Shown here piece after piece: positions 47,231 through 59,358 of a stretch of 64,000 nt of DNA (within the stretch, counting starts at the first letter, position 1; each line of letters opens with the position of its first letter). The notes under the pieces are model-generated. The model worked only from the letters and a program-made list of their open reading frames with translations. It was not told the DNA's origin and did no database searches. A program made the position numbers and the translations under genes. The stretch is from Lytechinus pictus. Its lineage: Eukaryota. The stretch covers positions 21,702,001 through 21,766,000 of the forward strand of contig NC_087251.1 in NCBI RefSeq assembly GCF_037042905.1, given 5' to 3'.

Positions 47231-47691
47231 ATATAATATCACATTATGTATATTATGTTATATTACATAAGAAATCTTTTTTTCATAACTTTATGAAACA
47301 TAATTTTATCAGGGCCTATGTGTTCATCGTTCTTGGTGCTCGCATTCTCTGTTTAAGGAGATATATAATGGCATTGGCACTCGCATTAGATGACTATGGA
47401 GAGATATGTATACTCTTAATGGATTCCTAAAAAATAGTCCTTAAATGTCCCAGTTCGGCCTGGGGTCTATATATACAAAAATTTCAGCTCGCGCTTCGTG
47501 CTTGCATCATTTGGATAGTTAAATACGTATGATCTTCGTAAATTCCTACAAACAAGCCTTAAGATGCCCCTCTTCAGATCTGAATTTCCTAATTTTTCAG
47601 CTTGCGCTTCGCGCTCGCAATATTTGATTAGCGAGATGCGTATGTTAATCATGATTATAATGACTACAAAAAGTGCTTCATGTGTTTAAAA

Positions 47692-48604
47692 GATGTTATA
47701 GAACGATGTACAACGATAAAATGTCTTGGAGTCATAATTGATCAACACCTATCTTGGTCATACCAAGTTGATAATGTATGTAAAAAGGTGTATGCCAGCC
47801 TAGGTATGCTAAAAAGGGTTAGCCCTTATGTTGACCAAAATACCCTGAGGACTCTATACCTATGTTTAGTCAATCCCACCTTGATTATTGCTGTGAAATC
47901 TGGGGGTTGCGTTTCAATATGCACACAGATCGTATAATCAAAAAATGTAATTTTTTATACCCCCTCAAAATAAAGGTTTCATGAACTCAAATGGCTCCCC
48001 TTCAACGATCGCGTTACCTATTTTAAGTGCATTTTTTATGTATGTATCAATGGTCTGTCATCGAAATTCTATTGTATAATGTGTTTACTTTTGCAAGTGA
48101 CTCTCATTGATTTAACACTAAATATTCAGCTAAAGATAATTTTGATCACGCAAAAAACTCATACCGAAATGTTTTAACACTTTTTATCTTACTCAGCGAT
48201 TTTACTTTTTGTAACATCTTGCCATTTAATTTAAAACAGTCAAAATCTCTATCAATCTTTAAACAGAAACTTAAAGTGCATCTTTTTAAATTCAAGTTTT
48301 ATTATTGCCTTTTAAATTTGAAATCAACTTTTTATGTCTATCTACTTTAGTTTATTTATATGTACTGCTTTGTGTGTAATTTTTTTAAATTAGTATCATG
48401 TTTTTAACGATGTCGTATGTTTGCTACTCTGTTTTCTGTTATGATATGAGTTAAGTTATTTAGAATATTTTTGTGTATACTTCATATGTATTTAAATGTT
48501 TTATACTTGCTTTTATCATGCATTCCAGGGCCTTACGGAAGACCAGTTTATTGCTGAGTGGGCTACCCTGGTTAAATATATTTAAATAAATAAATAAATA
48601 AATA
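47692..48604 (+). mobile_element. 5'-truncated L2/CR1-group (Crack-like) LINE fragment
   Basis: IKCLGVIIDQHLSWSYQVDNVCKK...LGMLKR..., frameshifted DYCCEIWG, ELKWLP; 3' stem-loop at 48526-48580; (TAAA)n tail. Confidence 0.85.
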
Positions 48605-48845
48605 TTTCGGCTATGTAAAAAACCTCTTTTACTTTCTTGAAATCACTTGGAGACGGGAAAGTAGGCTTTTTCTATCAGCTTCAGACTAGCTGACACAGCA
48701 AAGCCTATACTCCCTCAGGGAGCTGCCGAAGTTACCCCATCCCTTTATCGTATTTTGCCCATTTCTTGGAAATTCGCCATTTTGGAGCAGTAAAGCCACT
48801 TTCGTTGTTTTGTAACCACTTGGAAACGAAAAAGTAGAATTTTCT

Positions 48846-49372
48846 CTATCAAAAATCGGATGTAAAATAAGAAAGTGACAGCATTTTAAAGTTTCGCTTA
48901 TTTTTCACCAACAGTTATATGCACAAATCAGTGGTATGCAAATGAGAGAGTCGATGATGTCCCTCACTCACTATTTTTTTTAGAGGTTGAATTATACAAT
49001 ATTTCAATTTTCACAGATTTGACAACAAAGACCAACTTGACTGAACCACAAAATGGTGAAACAATGGTAGATCCACATGTTCGGGAAAGAATAAAACTTT
49101 GTTTCACATGACAATGAGGACAAATTTCAAATATTCCATATTCCATCATGTCCATGAAGTGAAATACAAGAAATAGTGAGTGATGTCATCAGTCCCCTCA
49201 TTTGCATACCGACCAAGATGTGCATTAAACTGTTTTGTGAAATTAAGCAAAACTTTCAAATGTCATAACTTCCTTATTTTAGATCCGATTTCGATGAAAT
49301 TGTTTGTGTAACGCTTGTTTGATTTTTCTCTTTTTATTCAATTTTACATGATGTTGGGGATGGACTCGTCCT
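48846..49372. mobile_element. 5'-truncated copy of the TTAA MITE at 36910-37515
   Basis: shared ATCAAAATCGGATGTAAAATAAGAAAG ... TGGACT.GTCCT|TTAA. Confidence 0.8.
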
Positions 49373-50018
49373 TTAAAACCACTTAAAGGCGAAAGAGTAG
49401 GTTTTTTCAACAGTTTTTTTTATCAGCTACATAATTATAAAGAAGTGCTGGCACAGCGAACCCTACTGGAGTCACCAAGATTCATTAACTCGACACTTCA
49501 GGCAATATAAAAAGGTTGGTTAAAAAATATATATCATGATGGTGTATGGGAACCCCTATTTCGGACTACTTCATGAGCGTCGCTAAAGGCCGAAGGGGGG
49601 AGGGTGGGCAGAGGCAACCGCCCAAACTATAATATGGGGAGGCAAACATATCGATTCGCTCCCAATAATTTTGACAAATTGAAAATTTTTATAATATGCC
49701 ATTCAAATATATCAGTGGCGAGGAATAAAGCGCGCCCAATTACTCTTTTTTTCCACTCCGCCTTGGCGCCGCTAAAACAAAATTTAAAAAGGAGAAGCGA
49801 ATCTTCTTTATCTATTCTCATTGTCCATTACTCTCTCTCTTTTCGGGTACTAAACATTCGCTGGTTAATACTAATTTAAAAAAAATCAGCGCCACCTAAG
49901 TCTAAGTCGGCACTGGTCAAGAAAATTCGGCGCTGCCTGACAGCCTGGGACTTTATCGGCGCCGATAATTTTCAAAATAGTAAAGACAAGTAAATTGCAA
50001 ACTAGCCATCCCTAAAAG

Positions 50019-50093
50019 CATTGGCGGCAACAACAAATTTTAGGGGGACACGTCCCCGTCCCCCCCCCCCCCCCCCCGCTTCCGCCGCCTATG
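50019..50093. mobile_element. 75-bp miniature hAT-like MITE (family of 20955-21187)
   Basis: CCTAAAAG | CATTGGCGGC ... GCTTCCGCCGCCTATG | CTTAAAAG. Confidence 0.75.
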
Positions 50094-50655
50094 CTTAAAA
50101 GTAGATAAAAGTGAAAGGCTTTAAGCGCTAGCTACACTCGCTCGCATTTTAGGTATCCTAAACAATTTCCTTTTATGTATATTTTCAAGGAAATACTGTA
50201 TAGCATCTTCTTCAAAGCTGAAAGCTGATGAAAATTTGTGTGACAACCCAGTTAATCTGCCAGAAAACCTTTTTTCTTTAAGACAAATGATTTTAAAACC
50301 AACAAGAGTTACCAGTACCTCATCGAAATGTTCAGATCACATTCTCAGTTCAATGCCTGGTAAGCATTTAATCAGTGACGTTGCTCAAATCGCATTAAGT
50401 GATCACTATCTAATTTATACATGCATTGGTGTACGCAATGAAAAGAAAATAAAACATAAAATGATTCGTTATCGTGACTTTCAAAATTTTGATGCCAAAT
50501 TATTTATTCAAGATTTGAAGATATGTGATACGTTCAATAATTCAAATACCAATAATTTACCATTAAATGAAATGTGGTCAAAATGGAAAATGTCTTTCCT
50601 TGAACTTTGTAACAAACATGCTCCTTTCAAAGAAAGTAGATTGAAAGATCGTCAT

Positions 50656-50715
50656 CAGTGGCGTACCTAGGATTTTTCACAGGGGGGGCAAAACCGTCCA
50701 CCAAAAAATTTGACA

Positions 50716-50754
<39 letters not shown>

Positions 50755-50799
50755 TCTTCGATCACAAATTAAGGATTTCGTACCAGAAAAAAATTGACA

Positions 50800-50830
<31 letters not shown>

Positions 50831-50996
50831 GGTCTTCAAGCTCGTCAGGGGGCATTGAAGGTCTTAAAGCTCGTCAGGGGGGACAAAAAAGGTTTTTCAA
50901 GCCCGTCAGGGGGGCAAAGATACGTTTTGGCATGGGTTGTGACTCGTCAGGGGGGGGCAGATTGCCCCCCTGCCCCCCCCCGTAGGTACGCTAGTG
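50656..50996. mobile_element. hAT-like MITE inserted in the LINE ORF2
   Basis: ATCGTCAT | CAGTGGCGTACCTA ... TAGGTACGCTAGTG | ATCGTCAT; removal restores KDRHNPW. Confidence 0.92.
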
Positions 50997-51405
50997 ATCG
51001 TCATAATCCATGGATTTCCTCTGATGTAGTGAAACTTATGTATAAAAGAGATTTTTTGAAAAAGAAGTATGATAAGCTTAAAATTCCTGATCTTTTGCAT
51101 GAATATCGTCAAACACGGAATAATGTCACAAAATTGATTAAAAATAAAAAAGAGAGTACTTTAATAACATAACCGAAATGTTAAAAGGTAATAGTAAGAA
51201 ATTATGGAAAGAAATTAATAAATTTACAGGACAGAAGCAAAAAAATAATGATATACCCAATTCCTTGAATGGTGATGATTTTAACGATTTTTTTATGAAT
51301 GTTGGCAAGACAATTTCAGACTCATTTAAAAACGATGCTTTTGTTTGGAATCATCCTGACAGCATTTATACTTTTACATTCCAGTGTGTCACTAGTGAAA
51401 AGGTA

Positions 51406-51476
51406 TTTTGCTTTACTTTGTAACCTTGTTGAAATTTTGGAATGAAATAAATTCGTTATCAATCAATCAATCAATC
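51406..51476 (+). mobile_element. 71-bp retroposed 3' tail with (TCAA)n inserted in the LINE
   Basis: AAAGGTA direct repeats (51399-51405, 51477-51483), AATAAA, (ATCA)n end; removal restores TSEKVTKIL. Confidence 0.75.
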
Positions 51477-53401
51477 AAAGGTAACAAAGATCCTTTCACA
51501 GTTGCCGAGTGACTCTATAATCTTGACATTTTAAATTTAGATACCAAACTATTAAGTATAGCGGCTCCTTTTGTAAGTGCATAATTGAGTGTAATCTTTA
51601 ATGAAGGCCTGTCTCGCGGATCTATACCAGATGACTGGAAGATCGCTCGAACCACTCCAATTTATAAAGGTAAAGGGGATTTGGATGATATGACTAATTA
51701 CAGGCCAATATCTGTTGTATGCCATTTGGCAAAGTTACTCGAAAAAGAGGTACAAAGTCAGTTTCTTTTTTATCTTAAAAAACACAATTTCATAAACATT
51801 GACCAATATGCGTTTTTACCTATAATCATTCGACAACTACATGTTTACATAAAATATTAGATGATTGGTATGATTCTTTTAACGAACGTGAGATGGTCGG
51901 TGCTTGTTTTTTGGACATATCTAGATGTTTTGACTGTATTAATAATAATATCCTATTGAAAAAATTGGAAAGATATGGTGTTAAAAATAATGAGTTGATA
52001 TGGTTTTCTAATTGCTTATCAGGTAGAAAACAAACTGTTTATTGTCATGGAAAACTGTCTAAATTTAATAATCTTTCTGTAGGAATTCCCCAGGGTAGTG
52101 CCCTTGGACCCCTACTTTTTCTTGTTTTTATTAATGACTTAAGTGAATGTTTATTATCATGTTCATGCAATATATACGCAGATGATGTTGTTATTTATAT
52201 TTCTGATAAAAGTACCGAAGTCATTACGTCTAAATTACAGGCTGATATTGAAAACATAAGTAGGTGGTATAAGAGAAATAAATTAAAAGTTAATGTTGAC
52301 AAAACGTATGCTATGTTGTTAAAACGAAGCACACGTACTTCTCAAGAATTAAACATACATCTGGATAATAACATTATAAAACAAGTAAAACATATTCGGT
52401 ATCTATAGAAATCGAAATTGATGAGAATCTTACGTGGAATTTGCAGGTAAAGAACCTAAGTAGATCTTTAGCTTTTAAGTTATTTTTTTTGAAAAAGGTC
52501 AGTAATTTCACTAATACGAGTGTTCTCAATAAAATTTATAATTGTACAGTTCAACCCATACTGGATTACTCTTGTTCGGTATGGGGGAACTGTTCTGTCA
52601 TTAATAGGAAAATTTTGTTTAGATTACAAAAAAGAGCAGCAAGAATAGTAGAAAAGAATTTTGATTATACTCATGATGGTATTGACATTATCAAGAGATT
52701 GAAGTGGCAGGTTTTAGAAAAAAGACGAAATTATTTCCTTGCATGTATTATGTATAACTGTGTCTATGGATATGTTCCGGTACGTTTATGTAATTCTATT
52801 GATATGGTTTTAGATAGACATCCAATGAATACAAGATATGCCAATTTGCTCAACGTTGTTATACCTAAACCGAACATTGAGTTTTTTAAGAATAGCTTAA
52901 GATATGCAGGAGGAAATGTATGGAATAGTTTAGATTCAGAACTTCAGAATGCAACTTCAATTGATACTTTTAAAAGGAAATATAAGAAAACACACTTCGC
53001 GTAACACTCTCTCTGCTCTCCATTTTATTCATCTTTATGCCGGTTTATGTTTTCAACTTTCAATTTAGTATTCATCACCCAGTGCACAAAGATCTTTTGT
53101 TTTTTTTATATATCCATGTTTGTTAATACCAATGTCACTCATTTTTTTTTACTATTTACTATGTCTGAATTTAAATTGTTTAATGCATTTTTTTCTGTAC
53201 ATTGTTAGATGTTTACTATGTCAACAGGACCATGTTGAAAAACAGTGTATATATTATCTGAACATGCTTATCCTGTATAAAGATTTTTAAATAAATAAAT
53301 AAATTTTCGACAAGCTCGCTTTGCTTGCTCGCAAAATTGAGCTTACTCTAAGTTAAATGTAACGTTCAAAGTCCCCTATTATTTATCAAGTAATAAAGCC
53401 T

Positions 53402-53996
53402 GATTTACAGAATGTTTGAAAATGTAAAAAGATGTTCGGTTATATTGATGATAAATTCCTTACATATTTGTTTCCCTTGCTTAAATATTATATTTATATT
53501 TGTAAATTTCAGAACAAACCACCAACTTTTGACGGTTATAAAGCATATTTGACCTCTCACAAGGATATTGAATATCGTATTACCAAAAAAAGTCATAAAC
53601 TTACAAGCTATTTTCGGAAATTGAGATTTAAGTTGTAAGATATTCTATCATTAATTTTTGTAACTGAAGAATATCTTAATATGCCTTCTGAGGATGTAAT
53701 TATGTTAATCTCTAATAATAGGCAAATCACCTGATTTTTATCCCTTTGTTATTACATTCTTGCCTTTACTATACTATAGGGGATGAGGAATACTTAGAAG
53801 AAACAAAGTGACTGCTTTTACTACATGTTTATCACTTATTATCTGTTGATATAAGCTGTACTTTTTCTGATGTAAACTATTAATGTGTATGCTGCTTTTT
53901 TATTTATTATTTTTTTTCTTATTTTCAAATTACTTGTATTGTTTGTATGTGATTTGTTACACAAAATCATGAAAACCCAATAAAACTTAACAAAAA
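53402..53996 (+). mobile_element. L1/Tx1-clade LINE 3' fragment
   Basis: ORF 53432..53638 FG...LLKYYIYICK...P..F...L...IEYRI..K...F.K resembles Tx1-type ORF2 C-termini; T-rich UTR, AATAAA plus A-rich end. Confidence 0.7.
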
Positions 53997-54388
53997 TGTA
54001 ATGTTACTTTCCACCGCATTATTAAAAGAAAATGTATAGTTAATTTAAACAGATTTTGGCATTAAAACAATTCCCCACATATTTTAAGTCTTCACTTCCA
54101 CGCTGAATCTTAAGTTTACATCCTTTCTCCACTGTGTGTGCATTTTATGCTTTTTATTTTTTATTTTTTATTCTTATTTTCAAATTACTTGTATTGTTTA
54201 TATGTGATTTGTTACACAAAATCATGAAAACCCAATAAAACTTAACAAAAATGTAATGTTACTTTCCACCGCATTATGGAAAGAAAATGTATGGTTACTT
54301 AAACAGATTTTGGCATTAAAACAATTCCCCACATAGTTTAAGTCTTTATTTCCACGCTGAATCTTAAGTTTACATCCTTTCTCCACTG
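53894..54388. repeat. ~255-bp tandem duplication
   Basis: TTCTTATTTTCAAATTACTTG ... TCCTTTCTCCACTG present twice (~53894-54134 and ~54148-54388). Confidence 0.92.
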
Positions 54389-54442
54389 CCGGTGATTGTG
54401 ATATTCGGCATCAGACATTCCTCAACCACCAAATAGATCGAC

Positions 54443-54445
<3 letters not shown>

Positions 54446-54474
<29 letters not shown>
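54446..54474. repeat. (TA)n microsatellite
   Basis: pure TA run. Confidence 0.9.
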
Positions 54475-54477
<3 letters not shown>

Positions 54478-55024
54478 AAAAGATAATATTTTAAAATCAT
54501 GTTCTACGCAAAATAATAACCAGCAGGAAAAAAAAATCGGCTCGCGCGCTTCGTGATCGCATTATTTTTCTGTTGGGTTTTTAGTAGAATTGCCCAGTTT
54601 GCCCCCCCCCCTAGGAAAAATAACATTGCTTTGTTGGAACACAGTGCACCCTCTTTTCGATTTTCAGACTTGATAACAAATCATGTTTTACGATTTTTTT
54701 TTAAGGAGCTGCCAATACGCAAAAACAGAGGCAACCGACGCACCCCCCCCCCTTGACAAAACCTGCATCAGCTTAAAGCTTTACTATGTGTATGTTTTCA
54801 AAAGTATTGAAAAGCACTTTAAAACGGTTTAACTTATAGCTTAAGAGTGTACTATCAAGCATATAATTTTCGGTGCGCTTCAAAACAGAATTTTAAAGAA
54901 ATTACTTTTTCATTAAGGGGAAATGAGAGAAATTTCAGTGAAATCTATTGCACAATATGGATGAAGAATATGAAGCAGAGCATTCTTTGCTATTTATTTG
55001 GGACTTGAATCCATGTTTACTTAA

Positions 55025-55567
55025 AGAGATGGTCCGGGCTGAAAATATTTATTTCTGAATAAATAGAGTAAAATTCAAAAAGCACAATGCTGAAAATTTC
55101 ATCAAAATCAGATAACAAATAACGAAGTTATTGAATTTTAAAGTTTATCAATATTCTGTGAAAACATTCATATGCACATCGTCATGAATTATGTTATTAC
55201 ATGAAATCATGATTCTTTCATTTTTTTTCATACATGTGTAAATGATGTGTCTCCACTATGATTAAATAAGTTGTGGCAATAAATAAATGCACTTAATCAG
55301 TTGTCAATCCAATTGTTATAGTTCCTGGTGGAAAATTTTAGAATAAACCTAATTTCATATAAAATACAAAATAACAAGTGGGGATATGACATCATCAGCC
55401 CACCTAATGAATATTCATGAAGACATGCCTAGAACTGTTTCCCTGGAATAATGCAAATCTTAAATTCAATATCTTTGTTATCCGATTTTGATAAAATTTT
55501 CAGCATTTTGCTTTGTGAATGTTACTCTATTAATTTAGATATAAATATTTTTGCCCGGACCATCCCT
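55025..55567. mobile_element. TTAA-target (Kolobok-like) MITE
   Basis: TTAA | AGAGATGGTCCGGGC ... GCCCGGACCATCCCT | TTAA; internal TGCTGAAAATTTCATCAAAATC shared with the 36910 family. Confidence 0.85.
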
Positions 55568-55813
55568 TTAAGAGAACATTATCCAGTTCTTGACACGATA
55601 GCTACTGTTAGGCTTAAAGGGGCAGGCTGAAAATAATATTGTTTGAACAGATAAAGTAAAATCAGGCAAACAATCACTCATAATTTCATTGAAATCTGAC
55701 AAAGAAGTTGTGACATTTCTGAAATTGTGGAATTATTTCGAAGAATCAGTTCTGATTTTATTAACCAAAAATGAAAAAAAAAATGGATTGACAAAAGTTA
55801 CTTATTCAATGTA

Positions 55814-55925
55814 GGTAATAATAATAGCAGGGCCCGCTGGGAGAACAGTTTTCGGAACTGAAGTGGCTACCCTCGGTAAATATACCGTTATTATTATTAT
55901 TATTATTGCTATTATTATTATTATA
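55814..55925 (+). mobile_element. SINE 3' tail fragment with (TTA)n
   Basis: near-identical to tail at 42255-42340. Confidence 0.8.
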
Positions 55926-56364
55926 ATCTGCTCTGTTAAATTCAACTTTATTTATCGAGATATAATTATTTTCAGCCTTGAGTACCCGTTTAATTGAGTA
56001 TTCCCATACCCGTCCGACATGTGCGATAAAAATGGAAATGATAATTTCAGTACAAATCTGAAAAACATGAATATATGAACTTATTAAGTATACTTTCAAG
56101 CTATTTATAAATGGGAACAATACTTTAAAAAAGAAATGAAGTTCTATTGGCATGATTGGAGATAAATCATAATGAGCACGATCAATGTATGGAAGACAAT
56201 CATTTATTATTTACACACATTTATATCACTTATCGATTATAATTATTAAAAAAATAGCAAGCCATCGATGATAAACCGATAATACTCTCGGAGCCATTTA
56301 TTTTCGGGCGTATTGAACTGAAAGGATTACGAAAGGCAAATTAGGATATTGGGAGAACTTTGAT

Positions 56365-57115
56365 AAAGGAAAAAGGAGTAGAGAGAGAAAGTGGGAGGGT
56401 TAGGGTGGTAGAGGGGGAGAGAGAGGATGAAAGAGAGGGAGAAGGGGGGGGGAGACGGGGATAGAGAGAGTGGGAGTACTTTGAGTTAGTGAAAAATGGA
56501 CAAAGAAAGGGGACAGGGAAATGATCGAGGGGCTGGGAATTTTGGTATATTGGGAGAAGAGGAGAATGAAAAGATGAGAGAGGTGGTACTTTGCGATGGT
56601 GAGAAAGTGAGAGAGAGAGGGAGGGAGAGAGAGGGGGGGGGGGGTGTGTATGTGTGTCTCTTTTCTTTTCTATACCTTTCCCCTCTTCCTCTCTTTCTTT
56701 TTCTTCTCTTCTTTTCCCCCTCTTTCTCTCTTATTTCTTCTTTTCCTTTTCCCTTTTACTCTCTCTTTTTTCTTTTCTTTCCCCTTTTCCCCTCTCTATT
56801 TTCATACTCTTCCTTTCCACCTCTTCCTATATCTCTTTTCTTTTTTTTTCTTTCTGTCCTCTTCCTCTCTCTCTTCTCTCTCTACTCCCCCCCTCTGTCC
56901 TATTTCTTTTTTCTCTCATTCCTTTCCCCCTCTTCCTCTCTTTTTTATTCTTTTCTTTCTCCCACTTCCTCTTTCTTTTTTGTTTACTTCCCTTTCTTTC
57001 CACCTCTTCCTCTTTCTCTTTTTCCTTCTCTTTTTGCCCCCTTTCTCTCTTTTTTTTTCTTTTCTTCCTTTCCCCCTCTTCCTCTCTTTTTTTGAGAGGG
57101 GGGGGGGGGGGGGGA
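56365..57115. repeat. GA-rich block followed by CT-rich block
   Basis: purine tract ~56365-56645, pyrimidine tract ~56655-57093, then poly-G. Confidence 0.9.
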
Positions 57116-57894
57116 GGGCCAAGTAGAGATATATACATTATGTTGAAATAGGAAATGGAATTGTGGAATATTTCTATTTAATGTTCTAAAACGAATTACG
57201 TAAGGAGGGAAATCTAAGTGGATTATTGGAGAAGACTGGACATACTACTTTGCAGCCAGGGGGCTATAGGGGAGTGGGGAATAATGACTAGATGGTCTTC
57301 CGAGTTGATAGCTCTTCATTTTTTTAAATCTTTTACCCTCTCATCTGAGGAGTGTAAAGTATGGGAAATTATGAGACTGTCTTTATGCCACAACCTCCGC
57401 CTTCTTTTGAATTATTCCCCCGTTATTCCCCCATTTTTTCTCCTCGGGTGGTTCCTGATACGGGACGTTGAGGAGTAAAGATAAGAAGAAGAAGGCTATA
57501 AGATTTGTTTTCAAACTATACCTCTCATTAATAACATTTTGAGAATACCATAGTATCTCCGGACCTGTAACAATGTTAGCAACTAATTTCAGCTGGCAAA
57601 ACCCAAACCAAAACAAAACATAAGTCGCTTGAACGAGATCTATTATTGTTTTAGGTAAGAATAACATCGATGAAATTCTTTGTGTTATGAACATATGTAA
57701 AACTAGGTGCACTTTGTGTGAATTTGAAATTAAAATGTAATTTATCTTGATTTTATGCCATGCTTAAAAAAAAAATCCGGACACCGGCCGGATACACATT
57801 TCAATTTTCATTCATGTTAGCCCCACGTGCTTCAATAGATGTGGGTAATAATTGGATAGACGAAGATAGACTTCGCTTTTTAGTTTTACTTGTA

Positions 57895-59226
57895 TAGTGA
57901 GTGATTGTATTACCGACCGGCCTTGTATTACCGAACGCGCACATGGTACGCGTCAGAAAATAATTTCATACGCTCAAAACTTTTCAACATCCTTCCAAAG
58001 CCAAAGGAAAGGGAACTTGAATAGAAAAATAATAAAATATGGTCAAAATAGCTCATCGGTGATTTTGTTGTTTTCTCAATTTTTCCATAGAAAACACGTT
58101 CGGTAATAAGATACCTTTTTCAAGTGACCAAAATATTTCACATGCGAAGAGGGGTCCGATTCGGAAGCTAATATCGTAAAAAAGAAAATCGATTTCGGCA
58201 AAATTTTTACATATTTAATTTTTTATATTTTGTAGGTAATTGTCACTCCTAGTACCAATGAGGTCCAAACATTAACATGTATGGACCTCATAGGCGACAA
58301 TGCGTTAAAAACAGGTTAGAACTTCTAAACGTACTGTTTCCTGCACCCAAGTATGATATTACTCCCAAAATATGAGTTTTGTCCTCGTTTGTTTATCATT
58401 TATTAAAAGATTGCCCATTAAATATATTCCTATTCCTAATTTGAATTTAATAAAATAAAGGGAAACTTACATTTGAGTCATTTTTCGATCTTTTTTTGGC
58501 AGTCAGTCCGGTCACCGTCGAGTGCGATCAAAGCGGTATGAAGCTGATTTTCAGATCACGTGATACGTGTGGTCATCACCTGATCAATCGACTATCCTTT
58601 TTTAAAGACCGCAACAATTATAAATTTTATTATAAAATATATATAGAATGAATAATTGCATGATATTATATATATTTCTACAATTAAAAATATTTTGTGA
58701 TATGAATTTAATATTTGACGTAAAAATTGCTATTTAACAAAATATTTATTAAAAATAAAAAATCAAACAAAATAAAAACGCCTTGGACACAGTGCAAAAA
58801 ACCTAACAATTTGGCCGCGTTCTTAACAACTATCGTAAGGGGCGCTCTATTTATAAATAAAGTTGCATATGTAGCTGTCTACCGCGACAGGAACAGCCGC
58901 AGAATTGAAGCCAGAAGCGTGGGAAATTGCCAGAAAATTCAAGAAAAGAACCGGTGAGTACCGATTTAACAGTACTAATTTATTAAGTAACATTTATTGA
59001 ATCATTACAAGATTTATTTTTTAGTAAAACAAAGCTTAGTTCTAAGCTAGGGCGGCCCAAATGCGCGTGAGTGGAGTCCCAGTTTATTAGCACGGGTAAG
59101 TATTGGGGTGTCGCCTAGAGTGGTAATTGTGTATTTATGGTGAAAGGATGGTGAATTTTAAGAGAATTAATAATGTGTTTGATATGATTGAATTCATGAA
59201 GTGTTCGGTAATACGATCCACTACCA
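57895..59226. mobile_element. ~1.3-kb TA-target non-autonomous DNA element
   Basis: TA | TAGTGAGTGATTGTATTACCGA ... TCGGTAATACGATCCACTACCA | TA; internal repeats of TATTACCGA/TCGGTAATA. Confidence 0.68.
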
Positions 59227-59358
59227 TACTTTTGTAGTTGTAGACTTCAACCACTCGTATGTACAAGGTTATGATATAACCTTGTTCTCTCTTACTATCT
59301 TAGGACTACCTGTGTGGTGAAATAATAAGGTTGGCAATGTTGTTCGGCTATTTTCGCA

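Larger units (their letters stand above)
50236..53303 (+). mobile_element. L2/CR1-group (Crack-like) LINE, 5'-truncated, disabled ORF2 (endonuclease C-terminus plus reverse transcriptase)
   Basis: PTRV..DH, SDH, NPW, WKIA..TPIYKGKG, NYRPIS, FLDISRCFD, GIPQGSALGPLLF, YADD motifs across frameshifted ORFs; 3' stem-loop and (TAAA)n tail. Confidence 0.95.

Noticed and set aside
46793..47236. 147-aa ORF (YYIIL)n
   Set aside because: Translation of the (TATAT)n microsatellite.
56496..57151. several 68-199 aa F/L/S/P- or K/R/E-rich ORFs
   Set aside because: Stop-poor GA/CT low-complexity DNA open in multiple frames.
57383..57712. 109-aa minus-strand ORF with a hydrophobic stretch and a possible acceptor at ~57565
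   Set aside because: No recognisable homology or partner exons; could not be supported as a gene.
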